In this document: positions 27,974-39,106 of the stretch, piece by piece
Position numbering within the stretch: position 1 is the stretch's first letter
Layout of the letters: every line of letters starts with the position of its first letter
Source of the DNA: a candidate division FCPU426 bacterium
GTDB taxonomy: Bacteria; Oederibacteriota; Muellerivitia; Muellerivitales; Muellerivitaceae
NCBI GenBank assembly: GCA_963738405.1
Contig: CAVTWJ010000023.1
Span: 1 to 64,000 of the forward strand
Direction of reading: 5' to 3'
DNA: 64,000 nt
Program-made: the position numbers and the translations under genes
The notes under the pieces: model-generated
What the model saw: the letters and a program-made list of their open reading frames with translations, nothing else
Told to the model about the DNA's origin: nothing
Databases searched by the model: none

Positions 27974-29980
27974 TTAGCCGCCCAGACCCAGGTTGTCCAA
28001 TATTTGCAAGTTACTGTCGACCGCTGAAACCATCCGCGCGTTACTTTCAAACCCCTTTTGTGCCACGATCATGTTGGTGAGTTCAGCCGATAAATCGACA
28101 TTGGAATTTTCCAGCGCCCCGCCCCGCACCAGACCTAGGCCGTTTTGCCCGGCAATACCTGTCTGCATGGCGCCCGTATTGGGCGAGGCGGCGAAATAAT
28201 TGTCCCCCACTTTCGAAAGTCCTTCCTGGTTCTGGGGCTGATTGAGCGCCACCTGGGCGAGGGCTGCATTCTGGCCGTTGGAAAAAGAACCCAGCAGGGT
28301 GCCGTCTTCCTGAAAATTCATTGTCTGTAAAATCCCATCCGGATAGCCGTTTTGGGACACCGCTTGAACATTCGAATTCGGGACGTAGGTGTTGACCCCA
28401 TTCACGACCTGGTAGCTTCCCTCCGCGTCCCCGATCAAGCCGTCCCTTTTTCCAGTTCCCAAAAAGCCGGCCGTTCCAAAATTCAAATCCACCGGCATGA
28501 TTTCCGCCCCCAAGGTAGGAATGGGCGAATTCAGGTTGTATTCGGGGGGATTGAAGGGATTGTAAAGATTCACCAGAGGGAGATAGACCCGTGGCATGGT
28601 TTCAAAATTGGTCGCCAACCCGGCCGGAGTTGGAAAAATTCCCCCAATACCCCCAGTGGAACCCAGGGAACCATCCGTATTGAACCAAATAAAATCACCC
28701 CCATAGAGGGTGTTCCCGGCGTTGCGGTTATAAGAACCCAAGTCGAAAACATTTCCAAAAGGATCCGTATATTGCCAATCCCCTTCTTCAATTCCCGTCC
28801 CCCCCAATAGGTTGACGGTCTTAATCGGCTGGCCTCCGGTGGTATCAAAAGCGTACCAGGCATAACAGGTTTGGCTCGGCCCGGGGGATGGGTTGATAGG
28901 CGGGTTGGCGGTCCCCAAGTCGTTCACCTGGTAAAAAAGAACACTGATGATATGGGCGTTGCCCGTGGAATCGTATACCGTTTCATTGCATTGGTTGGCG
29001 GGGGGCAAGGGCGGGTTTTGTTCCCAGGCGTAATTCCCTTTGCCCGCAATGGCCGTACCAAGGGCGATCATTCCATTCATGATGGGTTCAACCCCAATAA
29101 AACCAGGTTGGGGGCTTGAAAGATTGTTCACTTGTTGAAAAGACCAGTCGGTACCGAAGTAATTTCCAAACGGAACCGGCGTGGTTTGTAATCGTCGGGT
29201 ATCGATGGAATTATTGAGAACTGGAGGAAATCCGGCATTAAGAGCGACAGAAAATGCTATCGGCAAGGTGGGACCCTGGGGAGGAAACATATCCAGGATG
29301 CCGCCTGGCTGGTTGGCCTGCTGATATGAATCGAGATTGCCCCGGAAGGTGATTTGGGTGGTGGCCTTTGGAAGCAGGGTCATCCGGGTATCCAATCGTA
29401 TATCCTGAATGCTCGACGGATCGGCATTGTTAATTTTTAGGGAGTCGGTGGTTACATAAAGGTTGGGCGAAGGCCACCCTATGATGTTTCCCGTAACTGG
29501 GTCAATGATGAAGCCCGATGCGGTGTTGATTTTTTCCTGAGTCATGCTGTTGAAGGCGTTAAAACCCTGGACCCGGCCGCCGTTTTGGTCCACCAGATAA
29601 CCCTGGCTGTCGACCGTAAGATTCCCCGCCCGGGTGTAAAGAGTCTGATTGTTCTGTTTAACGGATAAAAACCCCGATCCATCGATGGCCACATCCAGGG
29701 AATTTCCCGTGTTTTGGATCACCCCTTGGTTAAACAGCGTTTGGATGGATTGAAGGCGGGTCCCGGTGCCGATTTCAATGGGGTTCGTTCCTCCCTGTCC
29801 GGTACCGGGGTTATCGGAAGTGCCGCTGGTCAAAGCCTGGGATAATTGGTCGGAAAATTCCGCGCGGCTGGCTTTATAGGCCACCGTGTTAACGTTGGCG
29901 ATATTGTTTCCGATGACATCCAACCAGGTGCTCTCGGATTGGAGGCCGGAAATGGCGCTAAAGAGGGATTCCAGGCTCAT
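27974..29980 (-). CDS. flgE: Flagellar hook protein FlgE-like, long variable middle
   Basis: VIGNNIANVNT, YTRAGN, LENSNVDLSAELTNMIVAQ. Confidence 0.9.
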   Translation of the reverse strand: MSLESLFSAISGLQSESTWLDVIGNNIANVNTVAYKASRAEFSDQLSQALTSGTSDNPGTGQGGTNPIEIGTGTRLQSIQTLFNQGVIQNTGNSLDVAIDGSGFLSVKQNNQTLYTRAGNLTVDSQGYLVDQNGGRVQGFNAFNSMTQEKINTASGFIIDPVTGNIIGWPSPNLYVTTDSLKINNADPSSIQDIRLDTRMTLLPKATTQITFRGNLDSYQQANQPGGILDMFPPQGPTLPIAFSVALNAGFPPVLNNSIDTRRLQTTPVPFGNYFGTDWSFQQVNNLSSPQPGFIGVEPIMNGMIALGTAIAGKGNYAWEQNPPLPPANQCNETVYDSTGNAHIISVLFYQVNDLGTANPPINPSPGPSQTCYAWYAFDTTGGQPIKTVNLLGGTGIEEGDWQYTDPFGNVFDLGSYNRNAGNTLYGGDFIWFNTDGSLGSTGGIGGIFPTPAGLATNFETMPRVYLPLVNLYNPFNPPEYNLNSPIPTLGAEIMPVDLNFGTAGFLGTGKRDGLIGDAEGSYQVVNGVNTYVPNSNVQAVSQNGYPDGILQTMNFQEDGTLLGSFSNGQNAALAQVALNQPQNQEGLSKVGDNYFAASPNTGAMQTGIAGQNGLGLVRGGALENSNVDLSAELTNMIVAQKGFESNARMVSAVDSNLQILDNLGLGG

Positions 29981-30180
29981 GAAACCCTATCAAAACCGGA
30001 ATGGGGGGATGTTGAAAGGAATGGACATCTATTCTACCGGGATTTCGGATCGGAATGGCACCCGCCTTCGGTTTTTCTTTTTAAGCTTCATTTTCAAGGA
30101 ATAAAAACCACTTGAAAACACCCGAAAATAAAAAGGCCCGGCTTTAGGGCCAGGCCTTCAAGAGTGACCGGCTTAAAATT

Positions 30181-30705
30181 TCACCCAACGGCCAATTGGA
30201 CGTTATTACGGTACTTGGGTCCAATTTGAACCATTCCGGCGCAATTGGCTGATCCGCATTGGCACTTAAACTCATAGGTCCAGTCGCCCACATTGTCCGT
30301 AATTCGGTAATCCCAGCTGATTTCGGCCCCCGAGGGAATATCCCGGCTGGCCACCAAAACGATGCCGTTAATGACCTTGGCGCTGGGGTCGCAGGAATGG
30401 TTCACGAAGCAAAGGGGATCACAGCCGTTAATATAGTCATGAAGCATGATAAAGCCGGGATAGATATACATGGCATGGTCGACATTTAGCTTTTCAGCGG
30501 GAACGGTTTTTTGAAGGGCTTCCAATTCCGTCTCGGGAAGCACAATGCCCCCAAAGACTCCAATGACGTCGCCTTCTTTTATATTTCTTACCGAGTAAAC
30601 CCCATGACCTTCCATACCGCTCTTTCGAACCTCAACTGCGTCACTCACCCAAGGCGTAATTTTCATTGGTTTTTGTAAAACCATCCTTTTACCAGATTCA
30701 AACAA
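30181..30705 (-). CDS. SET-domain protein with post-SET motif
   Basis: GHGVY, NHSCDP, EISWDY, CQCGSANC. Confidence 0.9.
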   Translation of the reverse strand: MFESGKRMVLQKPMKITPWVSDAVEVRKSGMEGHGVYSVRNIKEGDVIGVFGGIVLPETELEALQKTVPAEKLNVDHAMYIYPGFIMLHDYINGCDPLCFVNHSCDPSAKVINGIVLVASRDIPSGAEISWDYRITDNVGDWTYEFKCQCGSANCAGMVQIGPKYRNNVQLAVG

Positions 30706-30819
30706 CCCTCCCTTAAGGAAGATTGGGGGTGATTGTAACGCAAAGCCCCTTTGGGTTCACGGGGAGTTTGCCTGTGTTTTTGGGGGATTTTAAAGGTTTT
30801 TGGAATAAAACCCACCCAC

Positions 30820-31287
30820 TCAAAGGTGGCAGTTGCTCAACCCCCTCTTGGCAAGGTACTGCTGGTGATAATCCTCGGCGATCCAAAAGGGTTCGGCAGG
30901 GACAATTTGAGTCACGATGGGGCTTTTATAACTGGTTTTTTGGAGCTTATCTTTGGATGCCTGCGCGGCCTTTTGCTGCTCGGGGCTGTGATAAAAAATC
31001 ACCGACCGGTATTGGCTTCCGATATCCGGTCCCTGACGGTTCAATGAGGTGGGATTGTGGTTATGCCAGAAGGTTTCCAGCAGTTTCTCATAAGAAACAA
31101 GTTTCGGATCATAGCTGACCTCCACCACTTCCGCATGTCCCGTCTCGTCGGTGCAGACATCCCGGTAGGTGGGCTGATCCATGGCCCCGCCTTCATAACC
31201 CACGGCGGTTGAAACCACGCCCTTTAACTGGCGAAAGGTTTCCTCCACTCCCCAAAAACATCCTGCTCCAAATGTTGCCTTTTCCAT
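30820..31287 (-). CDS. msrA: Peptide methionine sulfoxide reductase A
   Basis: [18 protein letters not shown]. Confidence 0.97.
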   Translation of the reverse strand: MEKATFGAGCFWGVEETFRQLKGVVSTAVGYEGGAMDQPTYRDVCTDETGHAEVVEVSYDPKLVSYEKLLETFWHNHNPTSLNRQGPDIGSQYRSVIFYHSPEQQKAAQASKDKLQKTSYKSPIVTQIVPAEPFWIAEDYHQQYLAKRGLSNCHL

Positions 31288-31400
31288 GTTCTCCCCCTTT
31301 TCAAACCTTTATACCCCAGGATAGAGCAAGAGGTTACAGGCTTTCAGGGTTCAAACTTAAAACTTCCCATCTAAAATCTCAAGGTACCTGTCCGAATCCG

Positions 31401-32675
31401 TTACAGGCGCGCGGCAACCTTCTTTTGCGCTTCTTGCCCCGTCTTCAACCTTTCCTTGGGCACGGCGGTAACGAAGGTGCCGAATTTCTTGATTTCCTCC
31501 AGGCGGCAGCTCCAATAGAGCTTGCCTTCGTGCACGGTGATATCCGGGCAACCGTCGCACATGCTCATGCGCCCGTCCGCCAAAAGATCCACCGGTTGGA
31601 TGATGGCGAAATTCTGCATGCTCACCTTCGAAAACCAGGCCGAAGGGGTGGAGAGGAAACGCCATAGGGCTTTGCGCATTTGCTTGTCGCCCCAACCCAA
31701 AAACAGCAGGGTGGATTTGCCAGCATGTAACAACGACAGGGGAGCGTAAGAAATCCACGTTCCGAACCACCGATGGTGGAAATTTTGGATGAATTCCATG
31801 AATCCCGGGCTGGTATACCCGAAGGTCTTTTTGTGGTTGGCGAAACGGGTGGCCAAGGTCCATTTCATGTCATCCGCCTCGATGGTGCCGCACAAATAGG
31901 CGGCCGGCTCATAGAGGGGATCGGCCTCTCGGATTTTGGCGACAATCTCATGGGTCTTCAGGTTCTTTTCTCCGCCCCAAGAAGTCTTGATATAAGTTTG
32001 ATACAGATCCACTTTTTTTCCGAAGGTGTAAAAGTCGAAGTTGGCGCTCATGCCGGGGGTGCGGAAAAGGATAAACACCATGGTGTTGATGATGTCGGGA
32101 TATTGTTCGGCCCACCGCACGATATCCGGTATTTCCTCCAGCGTCTGCTCGGAGACCGTCTGGTTGAAGCCGCAAACCATGCCCCCTTCTTTGGCCACCA
32201 TTCGGGCCAGTTTTTCGCGCAATTCAATGTGGCCCACCTCGGTGGAGGCTTGGGAATCTTTGCGCTTTTGGGTGGTGTCGATATGGAACGTAAAACCAAA
32301 TACTCCGGCCTTTTTCAGGTCTTTCAGCAATTCGGGCGAATGGCTTAGGGCCAATCCATTGGTATTCATGATGGGCTTCCATCCGTAACGGCGAACCATC
32401 CGCACAATGTCGAGGATCTGCGGATGCAACAGCGGGTCTCCCCCCGCGATGGAAACGCTGTCGGTCTTGCGCAGGCGCTTGATGGTCTTGAATTCCTCTT
32501 CAATTTCCTCCAGCGTCTTGTGGGCTCCCTTGATGTTCTCGTGGTAACAGCCCTCGCAGGTCAGGTTGCACTGGGAAGTGACTTCCAGCCAGAAAATCCC
32601 ATTGTCGGAAAGGGACCAGGGCAGCCGGTAGTAATCCTGCGGGTTAAGAGGCTTAGGTTCGGTGATTTGCATCAT
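31401..32675 (-). CDS. Radical SAM protein
   Basis: CNLTCEGC motif, GGDPLLH. Confidence 0.9.
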   Translation of the reverse strand: MMQITEPKPLNPQDYYRLPWSLSDNGIFWLEVTSQCNLTCEGCYHENIKGAHKTLEEIEEEFKTIKRLRKTDSVSIAGGDPLLHPQILDIVRMVRRYGWKPIMNTNGLALSHSPELLKDLKKAGVFGFTFHIDTTQKRKDSQASTEVGHIELREKLARMVAKEGGMVCGFNQTVSEQTLEEIPDIVRWAEQYPDIINTMVFILFRTPGMSANFDFYTFGKKVDLYQTYIKTSWGGEKNLKTHEIVAKIREADPLYEPAAYLCGTIEADDMKWTLATRFANHKKTFGYTSPGFMEFIQNFHHRWFGTWISYAPLSLLHAGKSTLLFLGWGDKQMRKALWRFLSTPSAWFSKVSMQNFAIIQPVDLLADGRMSMCDGCPDITVHEGKLYWSCRLEEIKKFGTFVTAVPKERLKTGQEAQKKVAARL

Positions 32676-32763
32676 GTTCCTCCGGGGTGAATTAGCCTAT
32701 TAATGGCGGAGTTTATTGTCGAAGGTCGTCAGCCCCCTTCGCAATCAACCTCCCGGGTGGAAA

Positions 32764-33264
32764 ATGGAAAACCGTTATGAGGGTCTATTCGAAGAAAGCT
32801 GTTCCAGCATATGCGTCTTAAAATCGGGTCAAAAAGTTCTTTACCAAAATCAAACTTGTAAGAAACTTTGCGGTAACCACGGGTCGAACCCCTGCCCTCA
32901 AAGCTGTGTAAGTTCTTGCGAAAAGGTCCTGGGCCGTAAAATCCCCATGGAAGGCCTGCATTACTTCTCAAACACCAAGGTAGGAAACGAGTTTTTCGAT
33001 CTGTTTTTTTACCACGAATCCAACTACCGGATTGTGATCCTTCAGTCCCTCAGTCCCAAATACGATTCCTGGCTCAAGCGATTCACCGGCCGGGGGTTAA
33101 GCCGCAGGGAATTGGAAGTGGTGCGTCTGGGGATGCGCGGAATGACCAACACCCAGATCACTCAAAAACTGGGCATCTCCCGCCCCACCCTCAAGACCCA
33201 CCTGAACAACATCTATAAAAAAGCCCCGGAAATCCGAAAAGAAAATTGGCGGTTCTTAAAATAA
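32764..33264 (+). CDS. LuxR-family HTH regulator with Cys-rich N-terminal domain
   Basis: LSRRELEV...TNTQI...TLKTHLNNIYKK. Confidence 0.85.
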   Translation: MENRYEGLFEESCSSICVLKSGQKVLYQNQTCKKLCGNHGSNPCPQSCVSSCEKVLGRKIPMEGLHYFSNTKVGNEFFDLFFYHESNYRIVILQSLSPKYDSWLKRFTGRGLSRRELEVVRLGMRGMTNTQITQKLGISRPTLKTHLNNIYKKAPEIRKENWRFLK

Positions 33265-33300
33265 AAAAGCCCGGTCCCTTTGGGGGACCGGGCTTTTTTT
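33264..33300. terminator. Bidirectional intrinsic terminator
   Basis: AAAAAGCCCGGTCCC-ttt-GGGGGACCGGGCTTTTTT between convergent genes. Confidence 0.85.
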
Positions 33301-33310
33301 GTTCTGGAAT

Positions 33311-35788
33311 TTAATCGTTTGTGATGCGCATCTTGTAAAAGGTCCTCCACACGAATACCAAGGCAATCGCAAAGAAAATCACTGCCAGGGTCAAGGTCAT
33401 TCCCGCCAAAACCGGGGAGATGGCCAGTTCCACCGCCAAGAGACCGAAGAGGGTGGTGAACTTGATGATGGGGTTCATGGCCACCGAGGAAGTGTCTTTA
33501 AACGGGTCCCCAACGGTGTCGCCCACCACGCAAGCCGCGTGCAAGGGCGTTCCCTTTTCCTTCATGATGGCTTCGACGACCTTCTTTGCGTTGTCCCAGG
33601 CCCCGCCCGCGTTCGCCATGAAGATGGCCTGGTAAAGGCCGAACAAGGCGATCGAAATCAGGTACCCGATGAAAAAGTAGGGGTCAAAGCAGGCGAAAGC
33701 CAGGGTAAAGCAAAAGACCGCGATGAAGATGTTAAACATGCCGTTCTGCGCGTACTTGGTGCAGATGGCCACCACCTTCTTCGAATCCTCCACATTGGCT
33801 TTTTTAATCTTGGAATCCAGTTTGATGTTGGCCTTGATAAATTCCACCGCCCGGTAAGCGCCCGTCGTGACCGCCTGGGTGGCCGCTCCCGTAAACCAAT
33901 AGATCACCGCGCCGCCCATGACGAGACCTAATAGGAAGAGCGGGTTCAAAAGGGAGAAATTAATGGCCAAGGCATTCAATTGGTCCTGAGAAATCATACC
34001 CGAGGTGATGTGGGCCGCGTTCTTGGCCAAAAGCACCAGGATCGAGAACAAGAGGGTCGTGGCACCGACCACAGCGGTGCCGATCAAGACCGGCTTGGCC
34101 GTAGCTTTAAAGGTGTTGCCCGCCCCGTCATTTTCCTCAAGATAATCCTTAGCCTTATGGAAGTCGGGAGTAAAGCCGAATTCCTTTTTGATGTTTTCCT
34201 TGATGCCCTTGATCGTCTCAATCGTGGAAAGTTCATAAACCGATTGAGCGTTATCCGTGACGGGCCCGTAAGAATCCACCGCGATGGTCACCGGTCCCAT
34301 CCCCAAGAAGCCGAAAGCCACCAGGCCGAAGGCAAAAACCGCAGGGGCGATCATCAGGGAGCTCATGCTGATTCCTGTGGTCGCTATCCAGGCTCCCGTT
34401 CCCATGAGCACCAGAATCGACAAGCCCAGCCAGAAGGCTGAAAAATTACCTGCCACGAAACCTGAAAGGATATTCAGGGATGCCCCTCCCTGCTTGGAGG
34501 CTGTGACCACTTCCTTGACATGCTTAGAATTCATGGAGGTGAATACCTTCACCAGTTCAGGAATGACGGCTCCCGCCAAGGTACCGCAAGTAATGATGCT
34601 GGCCAATTTCCACCAAACCGACCCGTCCCCGATGTCCGAGATCAGCAGATTGGAGGCGATATAGGTCACAACAATGGAAATAACCGAGGTCAGCCAAACC
34701 AAGAAGGTCAGAGGGTCCTCAAAGTTCATCTTGTCCGCGTTCTCATAACGGGCCTTCGCCAAGGCCGCGTTGATCATGTAGGAAACGCCGGAAGTGACAA
34801 TCATCATTACCCGCATGACGAAGATCCAGACTAAAAGTTTGATCTGGTCGGTGGGGTTATGGACCGCCAATAGGATGAAGGTGATCAGGGCGACGCCTGT
34901 GACGCCGTAGGTCTCAAAACCGTCCGCTGTGGGTCCCACCGAGTCGCCCGCGTTGTCGCCCGTGCAATCTGCAATGACGCCGGGGTTCCGGGCATCATCC
35001 TCTTTGATATTAAAGACGATCTTCATCAGGTCCGAACCGATATCGGCGATCTTGGTGAAGATACCGCCCGCGATACGAAGGGCAGCCGCGCCCAGGGATT
35101 CCCCGATGGCAAAACCGATGAAGCAATAGCCCGCCAAGTCCGCGGGAATGAAAAGGATGATGGCCAGCATGATCAAAAGCTCGATAGAAATCAGCAGCAT
35201 GCCGATGGAAATTCCGGACCGGATGGGGATGGCGTAGGTCGGGAAAGGCTTGCCTTTCAAGGCGGCAAAGGCCGAGCGGGAATTGGCGAAGGTATTGATT
35301 CGAATTCCGAACCAGGCCACCGTCACGGACCCGGCGATACCTACCAAGCTGAAGAAAAGGATGATCATCACGTTCCCGAAACCCACGGGTTTCAGCCAGC
35401 CGAAGTAAATAAAGATGATGGCCCCAATAAACACCCAGAGGATGCCCAGGAATTTCATTTGGTTTTGCACGTAAGTTTTGCAGGTTTCGTAGATGAGTTC
35501 TGAAATGTCCCTCATCGACTTGTGAACGGGAAGATTCTTGAGGTTGTTGAACAAAACCGCCCCAAAAAGGATTCCCAGAACGCAAAACAGGAGGCCCCAG
35601 CAGAGCAGATCCCACCCGGTGATGGAGTTACCCAGGAAACTGACGGATTTCAGGTCCGGCAGCAGTAAATCCGCCTCACTCGCGAAAGCGTTGGAAGCCA
35701 CGGTCAAAACGGCGAAAACCGCGAAACATTTCATGGCCAATCCGCGAGTTTTGTCCAGCCCTAGGCTCAAACCGTCTCTTAAACCCAT
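33311..35788 (-). CDS. hppA: Membrane-bound proton-translocating pyrophosphatase, probably K+-independent
   Basis: GGIFTKIADIGSDL, EDDARNP, GDTVGDPFKD; GNTFK has the Lys of the K+-independent signature. Confidence 0.93.
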   Translation of the reverse strand: MGLRDGLSLGLDKTRGLAMKCFAVFAVLTVASNAFASEADLLLPDLKSVSFLGNSITGWDLLCWGLLFCVLGILFGAVLFNNLKNLPVHKSMRDISELIYETCKTYVQNQMKFLGILWVFIGAIIFIYFGWLKPVGFGNVMIILFFSLVGIAGSVTVAWFGIRINTFANSRSAFAALKGKPFPTYAIPIRSGISIGMLLISIELLIMLAIILFIPADLAGYCFIGFAIGESLGAAALRIAGGIFTKIADIGSDLMKIVFNIKEDDARNPGVIADCTGDNAGDSVGPTADGFETYGVTGVALITFILLAVHNPTDQIKLLVWIFVMRVMMIVTSGVSYMINAALAKARYENADKMNFEDPLTFLVWLTSVISIVVTYIASNLLISDIGDGSVWWKLASIITCGTLAGAVIPELVKVFTSMNSKHVKEVVTASKQGGASLNILSGFVAGNFSAFWLGLSILVLMGTGAWIATTGISMSSLMIAPAVFAFGLVAFGFLGMGPVTIAVDSYGPVTDNAQSVYELSTIETIKGIKENIKKEFGFTPDFHKAKDYLEENDGAGNTFKATAKPVLIGTAVVGATTLLFSILVLLAKNAAHITSGMISQDQLNALAINFSLLNPLFLLGLVMGGAVIYWFTGAATQAVTTGAYRAVEFIKANIKLDSKIKKANVEDSKKVVAICTKYAQNGMFNIFIAVFCFTLAFACFDPYFFIGYLISIALFGLYQAIFMANAGGAWDNAKKVVEAIMKEKGTPLHAACVVGDTVGDPFKDTSSVAMNPIIKFTTLFGLLAVELAISPVLAGMTLTLAVIFFAIALVFVWRTFYKMRITND

Positions 35789-36079
35789 TTGATTCCTCCG
35801 AAGGATTTAATGCCAACCAACCTTTCAGCCATTTCCCAGCGGAACTTTCCCATCGTGCTCAACTGACAAAGCATTAAAAGGCAGGAAGAAAGAAACTCAC
35901 CGGTTGAGAGGACCCAGCCGGTTTTGGAACGCAACGGGAATGATGGTATGAAATAAAAGCACCTATTCAAAATGATGACAATCATATTACAAAGGTGAAT
36001 GGGTCTTGTCGATTTTTTCTTGTTAGGTTCATTGGCCTGTTAAAGGGCTTTTTGTTACAGCCTGGTGAACAAAAGGGAC

Positions 36080-37561
36080 CTAAACGGGTTTTCCGTTGAT
36101 CTTCGCAAAATCAATCCAGCCCTTCTCAACATTGACCCCGATCAGTTTAACGCGGACGCGGTCCCCCACATCGAGTCCTTTTCCTCCCTGGGCCAAATAG
36201 CCTTCCACCGGAGGTTTCAATAACCTCACCCAGGTTCCCTTGGAAGACGCGCCGGTCACCAACGCGTCAAATGCCTCCCCAATTCTTTTCGAGAGGAATA
36301 GGGCGCTGGCGCTTTTTCTGATTTGCCGTTCCACCTTATCCGCTGCGTTTTCTTGCTCCGTACAATGCCCAGCGAGGGCGTTGAGATCGGGCAAGGAATA
36401 GGGGGATGCTGAACCGGCAAGAGCCGCCTTCAGGAGACGTTGAGTGATCAGGTCGGGATAACGGCGGTTCGGGGCTGTCGAATGGTTATAGTCTTTCACA
36501 GCTAATCCAAAATGGCCTTGGGCGGCTTCTCCCGGTTTATCCAATACATATTCCCCACGACCCATCAATTTCACTACGGCCAGGGAAAGGTCGGGAAAGC
36601 GAAGAGGGTCCTTGGCCTTTTGATCCTGAAGAAAAACATTCAAAGCCTTCGAATCGGGAGTTGAAGGAAGTTTGGCCCCCCTTTCAGCCGCGAGTGAAGC
36701 GATCCGGTCCCATCGCTCGGGCGTCTTTACCACGCGCCGAAGCGTGGGAAACCCCTTTTGGGTCAGGAAGCGGGCGGTAATCCCGTTGGCTGCCACCATT
36801 AAATCTTCTATCAATTCGCCGGCCCGGGTTTGTTCCTCGTGCTTAAGATCCACTACCTGCCCGTTTTCGGTGACAGGCCTGGGTTGAAGGGTCGATAGTT
36901 CCAAAGCCCCTCCCTCATGGCGCTTAGCCCTCAAGCGCTGGGCGGCGGCGTCCTGCAGGCGCAGTTGGAAATCCATTTCTTTCACCTTTGCGGCGGCTTC
37001 CGGCAGGGGGCCCTTTCCTTCCAGCCAGGCTGACACGCTGTTGTAGGCTAATTTCGATTGGTTGGTCACCCGGGCCCGGTAAACATCCGACCTAGAAACC
37101 GAGCCATCGGTCTCGACATCCATCTCCACCACTAAAGCCAATCGGTCCCCGTTTTGGTTGAGAGAAGTCAGGTCGGTTGAAAGTTTCTCCGGAAGCATGG
37201 GAAAGGTTTTGACCCCGGTGTAAACCGAGGTGGTGTTCTTGCGGGCGTGTAAATCCAGGGCTGATTCTACCGAAACCAAGGCATCCACGTCGGCCACCGC
37301 CACCCAAATGCGGGTCTTCCCGCCCCCCAAGTCCTGCCCAACTGAGATTTGATCCAAATCCCTGGAATCATCGTTGTCGATGGAACACCAAAGCAGGGCT
37401 CGCATGTCACGCAGTTTCCCGGACGGGTCCTGCGCGGGACTGGTCAAGCTTTTCAGCTGTTCCAGAGCTTCGGGAGAAAAAGAGGGTTCAAGTCCAAAAG
37501 TGACCATGGCCTGATCCGCGATTTGAGCCAAATATCCTTCTTTAGATGGGGTACTTTCCAT
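36080..37561 (-). CDS. RNB-domain (RNase II/R family) ribonuclease
   Basis: SIDNDDSRDLDQ, HSTAPNRRYPDL. Confidence 0.92.
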   Translation of the reverse strand: MESTPSKEGYLAQIADQAMVTFGLEPSFSPEALEQLKSLTSPAQDPSGKLRDMRALLWCSIDNDDSRDLDQISVGQDLGGGKTRIWVAVADVDALVSVESALDLHARKNTTSVYTGVKTFPMLPEKLSTDLTSLNQNGDRLALVVEMDVETDGSVSRSDVYRARVTNQSKLAYNSVSAWLEGKGPLPEAAAKVKEMDFQLRLQDAAAQRLRAKRHEGGALELSTLQPRPVTENGQVVDLKHEEQTRAGELIEDLMVAANGITARFLTQKGFPTLRRVVKTPERWDRIASLAAERGAKLPSTPDSKALNVFLQDQKAKDPLRFPDLSLAVVKLMGRGEYVLDKPGEAAQGHFGLAVKDYNHSTAPNRRYPDLITQRLLKAALAGSASPYSLPDLNALAGHCTEQENAADKVERQIRKSASALFLSKRIGEAFDALVTGASSKGTWVRLLKPPVEGYLAQGGKGLDVGDRVRVKLIGVNVEKGWIDFAKINGKPV

Positions 37562-37630
37562 GGAAGAACTCCTTTGGGTGTGGGAAACCTGAACCCTAGG
37601 TTTAGGGTCTTTGGTTCAAACCGTGAAACA

Positions 37631-39106
37631 TTATTTCAGATCCTGGGAACGGTCGGAGGGAATCTTGAATTCGGCCATGATATCTGCAGTGGCCTGTTGG
37701 GCCTTGGCCGCGTCAAAGACGATCTTAGTGCCAAACCAGGCATGGTCATCCACATCGATCACCTGGTGGCCCCCCACAGGATTCTTAAAGGCTTCGATTA
37801 AGTCCTTCATTTCAGAAATGGGATGGCCATTAACCTTATCCACGATGAGGTTGTTTTCCCGGTCATATCCCACGTTGATATCGTGTGGCAGCACGTGGCT
37901 GATCAAAACCACCTGTTTGCGGTCGGCCGAGGGAAATCCATGCATGAAGAGGTCCTTCAACTCGGGCTTGAAGTTATCCCAGCTCCCCATTTGGAAATAA
38001 TTGGCGGTCAGTGGCACGAACACAAACCCGGCGTAGAGGTAGTAGGTGGGGTGGATATTGTCCGCCCGGTAGGGGACCAGTTTTGAGATAGGCTTCAAGG
38101 GAACCTTGATCTTTTTCGATTGACCGTTTCTGAGAACATCCAAATTCACCTGTTCGCCCATCAAATAAAAGGTAATCAGATAGGTCCAATCAATGCGTTG
38201 GGATTTGGCCAGTGTGATATCTCCCTCGTCGTCGATCGGGTGGCCGTCAATCGCGGTCAGGATATCCCCTTCTTGTAGAATCCCATCGGACGATCCGCCA
38301 TAAACAACTTTGGTGACCACCACCCCGGTCTTATCCGCCGGTAATTGGTAATAGCTTTGAAGGGCGGGGTTTTCAAGATTCTGAACGTAAGCCCCCATGT
38401 CGGGAAAACCGTTATAGGGCTTTCCGCCCTTGATGTTTTTCAGGAACATCTGGACCACGTTAACGGGGATGAGGGAGCCCGTTTTATCCGGTTCGTGAAG
38501 GGAGTCAAAGGTAAGTCCCACAAATTTTCCATTGTCGAATACCGGGCAGCCCAATTTTTTAGCGTCGATAGCGTCATAGGTGATCAACCCCGGCAGGTAG
38601 CGCTCCCCTTCGGTCGACCAAACCATATCCAAACCCGACAGGGTATCTTCTTTGACGGACAGCTCATCCCCCCCGTGGATCATCACCTTGTCGCCGGGAG
38701 AGGGAAGGTCGCCGTATTCGACGGGTTCGGCGTCTTTGAAAAAATCCGGATCTTCAAGGGATAAAAGAGCCAGATCCATGTCGAATCCCACCTGCTCCAC
38801 CTTGGCCACATAGCGCTTGGTCTCGCCAAACTTCTGAACCTCGATATAGTTGCCTTTGTCGACAAAATGGGCCGTCGTGAGGATGCGGTTTCCGGGAATC
38901 ACCACGCCGCAGCCTTCCAGCTTGGCCTCGGCGCCTGGTTTCCAGGGCTCATAAAAATCTACGTTTTGAACGGTGGTATAGATTTTGACCACGGATTTTT
39001 TTAACTCCTTTTCGCTTCGTCCCCGGCAAGCCGGAAGCAGTAGGAAACCCATCATCAAAAAAAGGAAAACCGGTCTTAATAGGGTGTTTTTCATTGGGTT
39101 TGTCAT
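37631..39106 (-). CDS. HtrA/Deg-like protease-PDZ lipoprotein lacking the catalytic Ser
   Basis: Paralogous to the neighbour; LTTAHF and DLAL retained, GNSGG replaced by KKLGC; LLPAC lipobox. Confidence 0.82.
   Translation of the reverse strand: MTNPMKNTLLRPVFLFLMMGFLLLPACRGRSEKELKKSVVKIYTTVQNVDFYEPWKPGAEAKLEGCGVVIPGNRILTTAHFVDKGNYIEVQKFGETKRYVAKVEQVGFDMDLALLSLEDPDFFKDAEPVEYGDLPSPGDKVMIHGGDELSVKEDTLSGLDMVWSTEGERYLPGLITYDAIDAKKLGCPVFDNGKFVGLTFDSLHEPDKTGSLIPVNVVQMFLKNIKGGKPYNGFPDMGAYVQNLENPALQSYYQLPADKTGVVVTKVVYGGSSDGILQEGDILTAIDGHPIDDEGDITLAKSQRIDWTYLITFYLMGEQVNLDVLRNGQSKKIKVPLKPISKLVPYRADNIHPTYYLYAGFVFVPLTANYFQMGSWDNFKPELKDLFMHGFPSADRKQVVLISHVLPHDINVGYDRENNLIVDKVNGHPISEMKDLIEAFKNPVGGHQVIDVDDHAWFGTKIVFDAAKAQQATADIMAEFKIPSDRSQDLK

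Noticed and set aside
35790..35990. Ion-sensing riboswitch upstream of hppA
   Set aside because: Some pairing potential, but I cannot match a consensus by eye; needs an Rfam/Infernal scan
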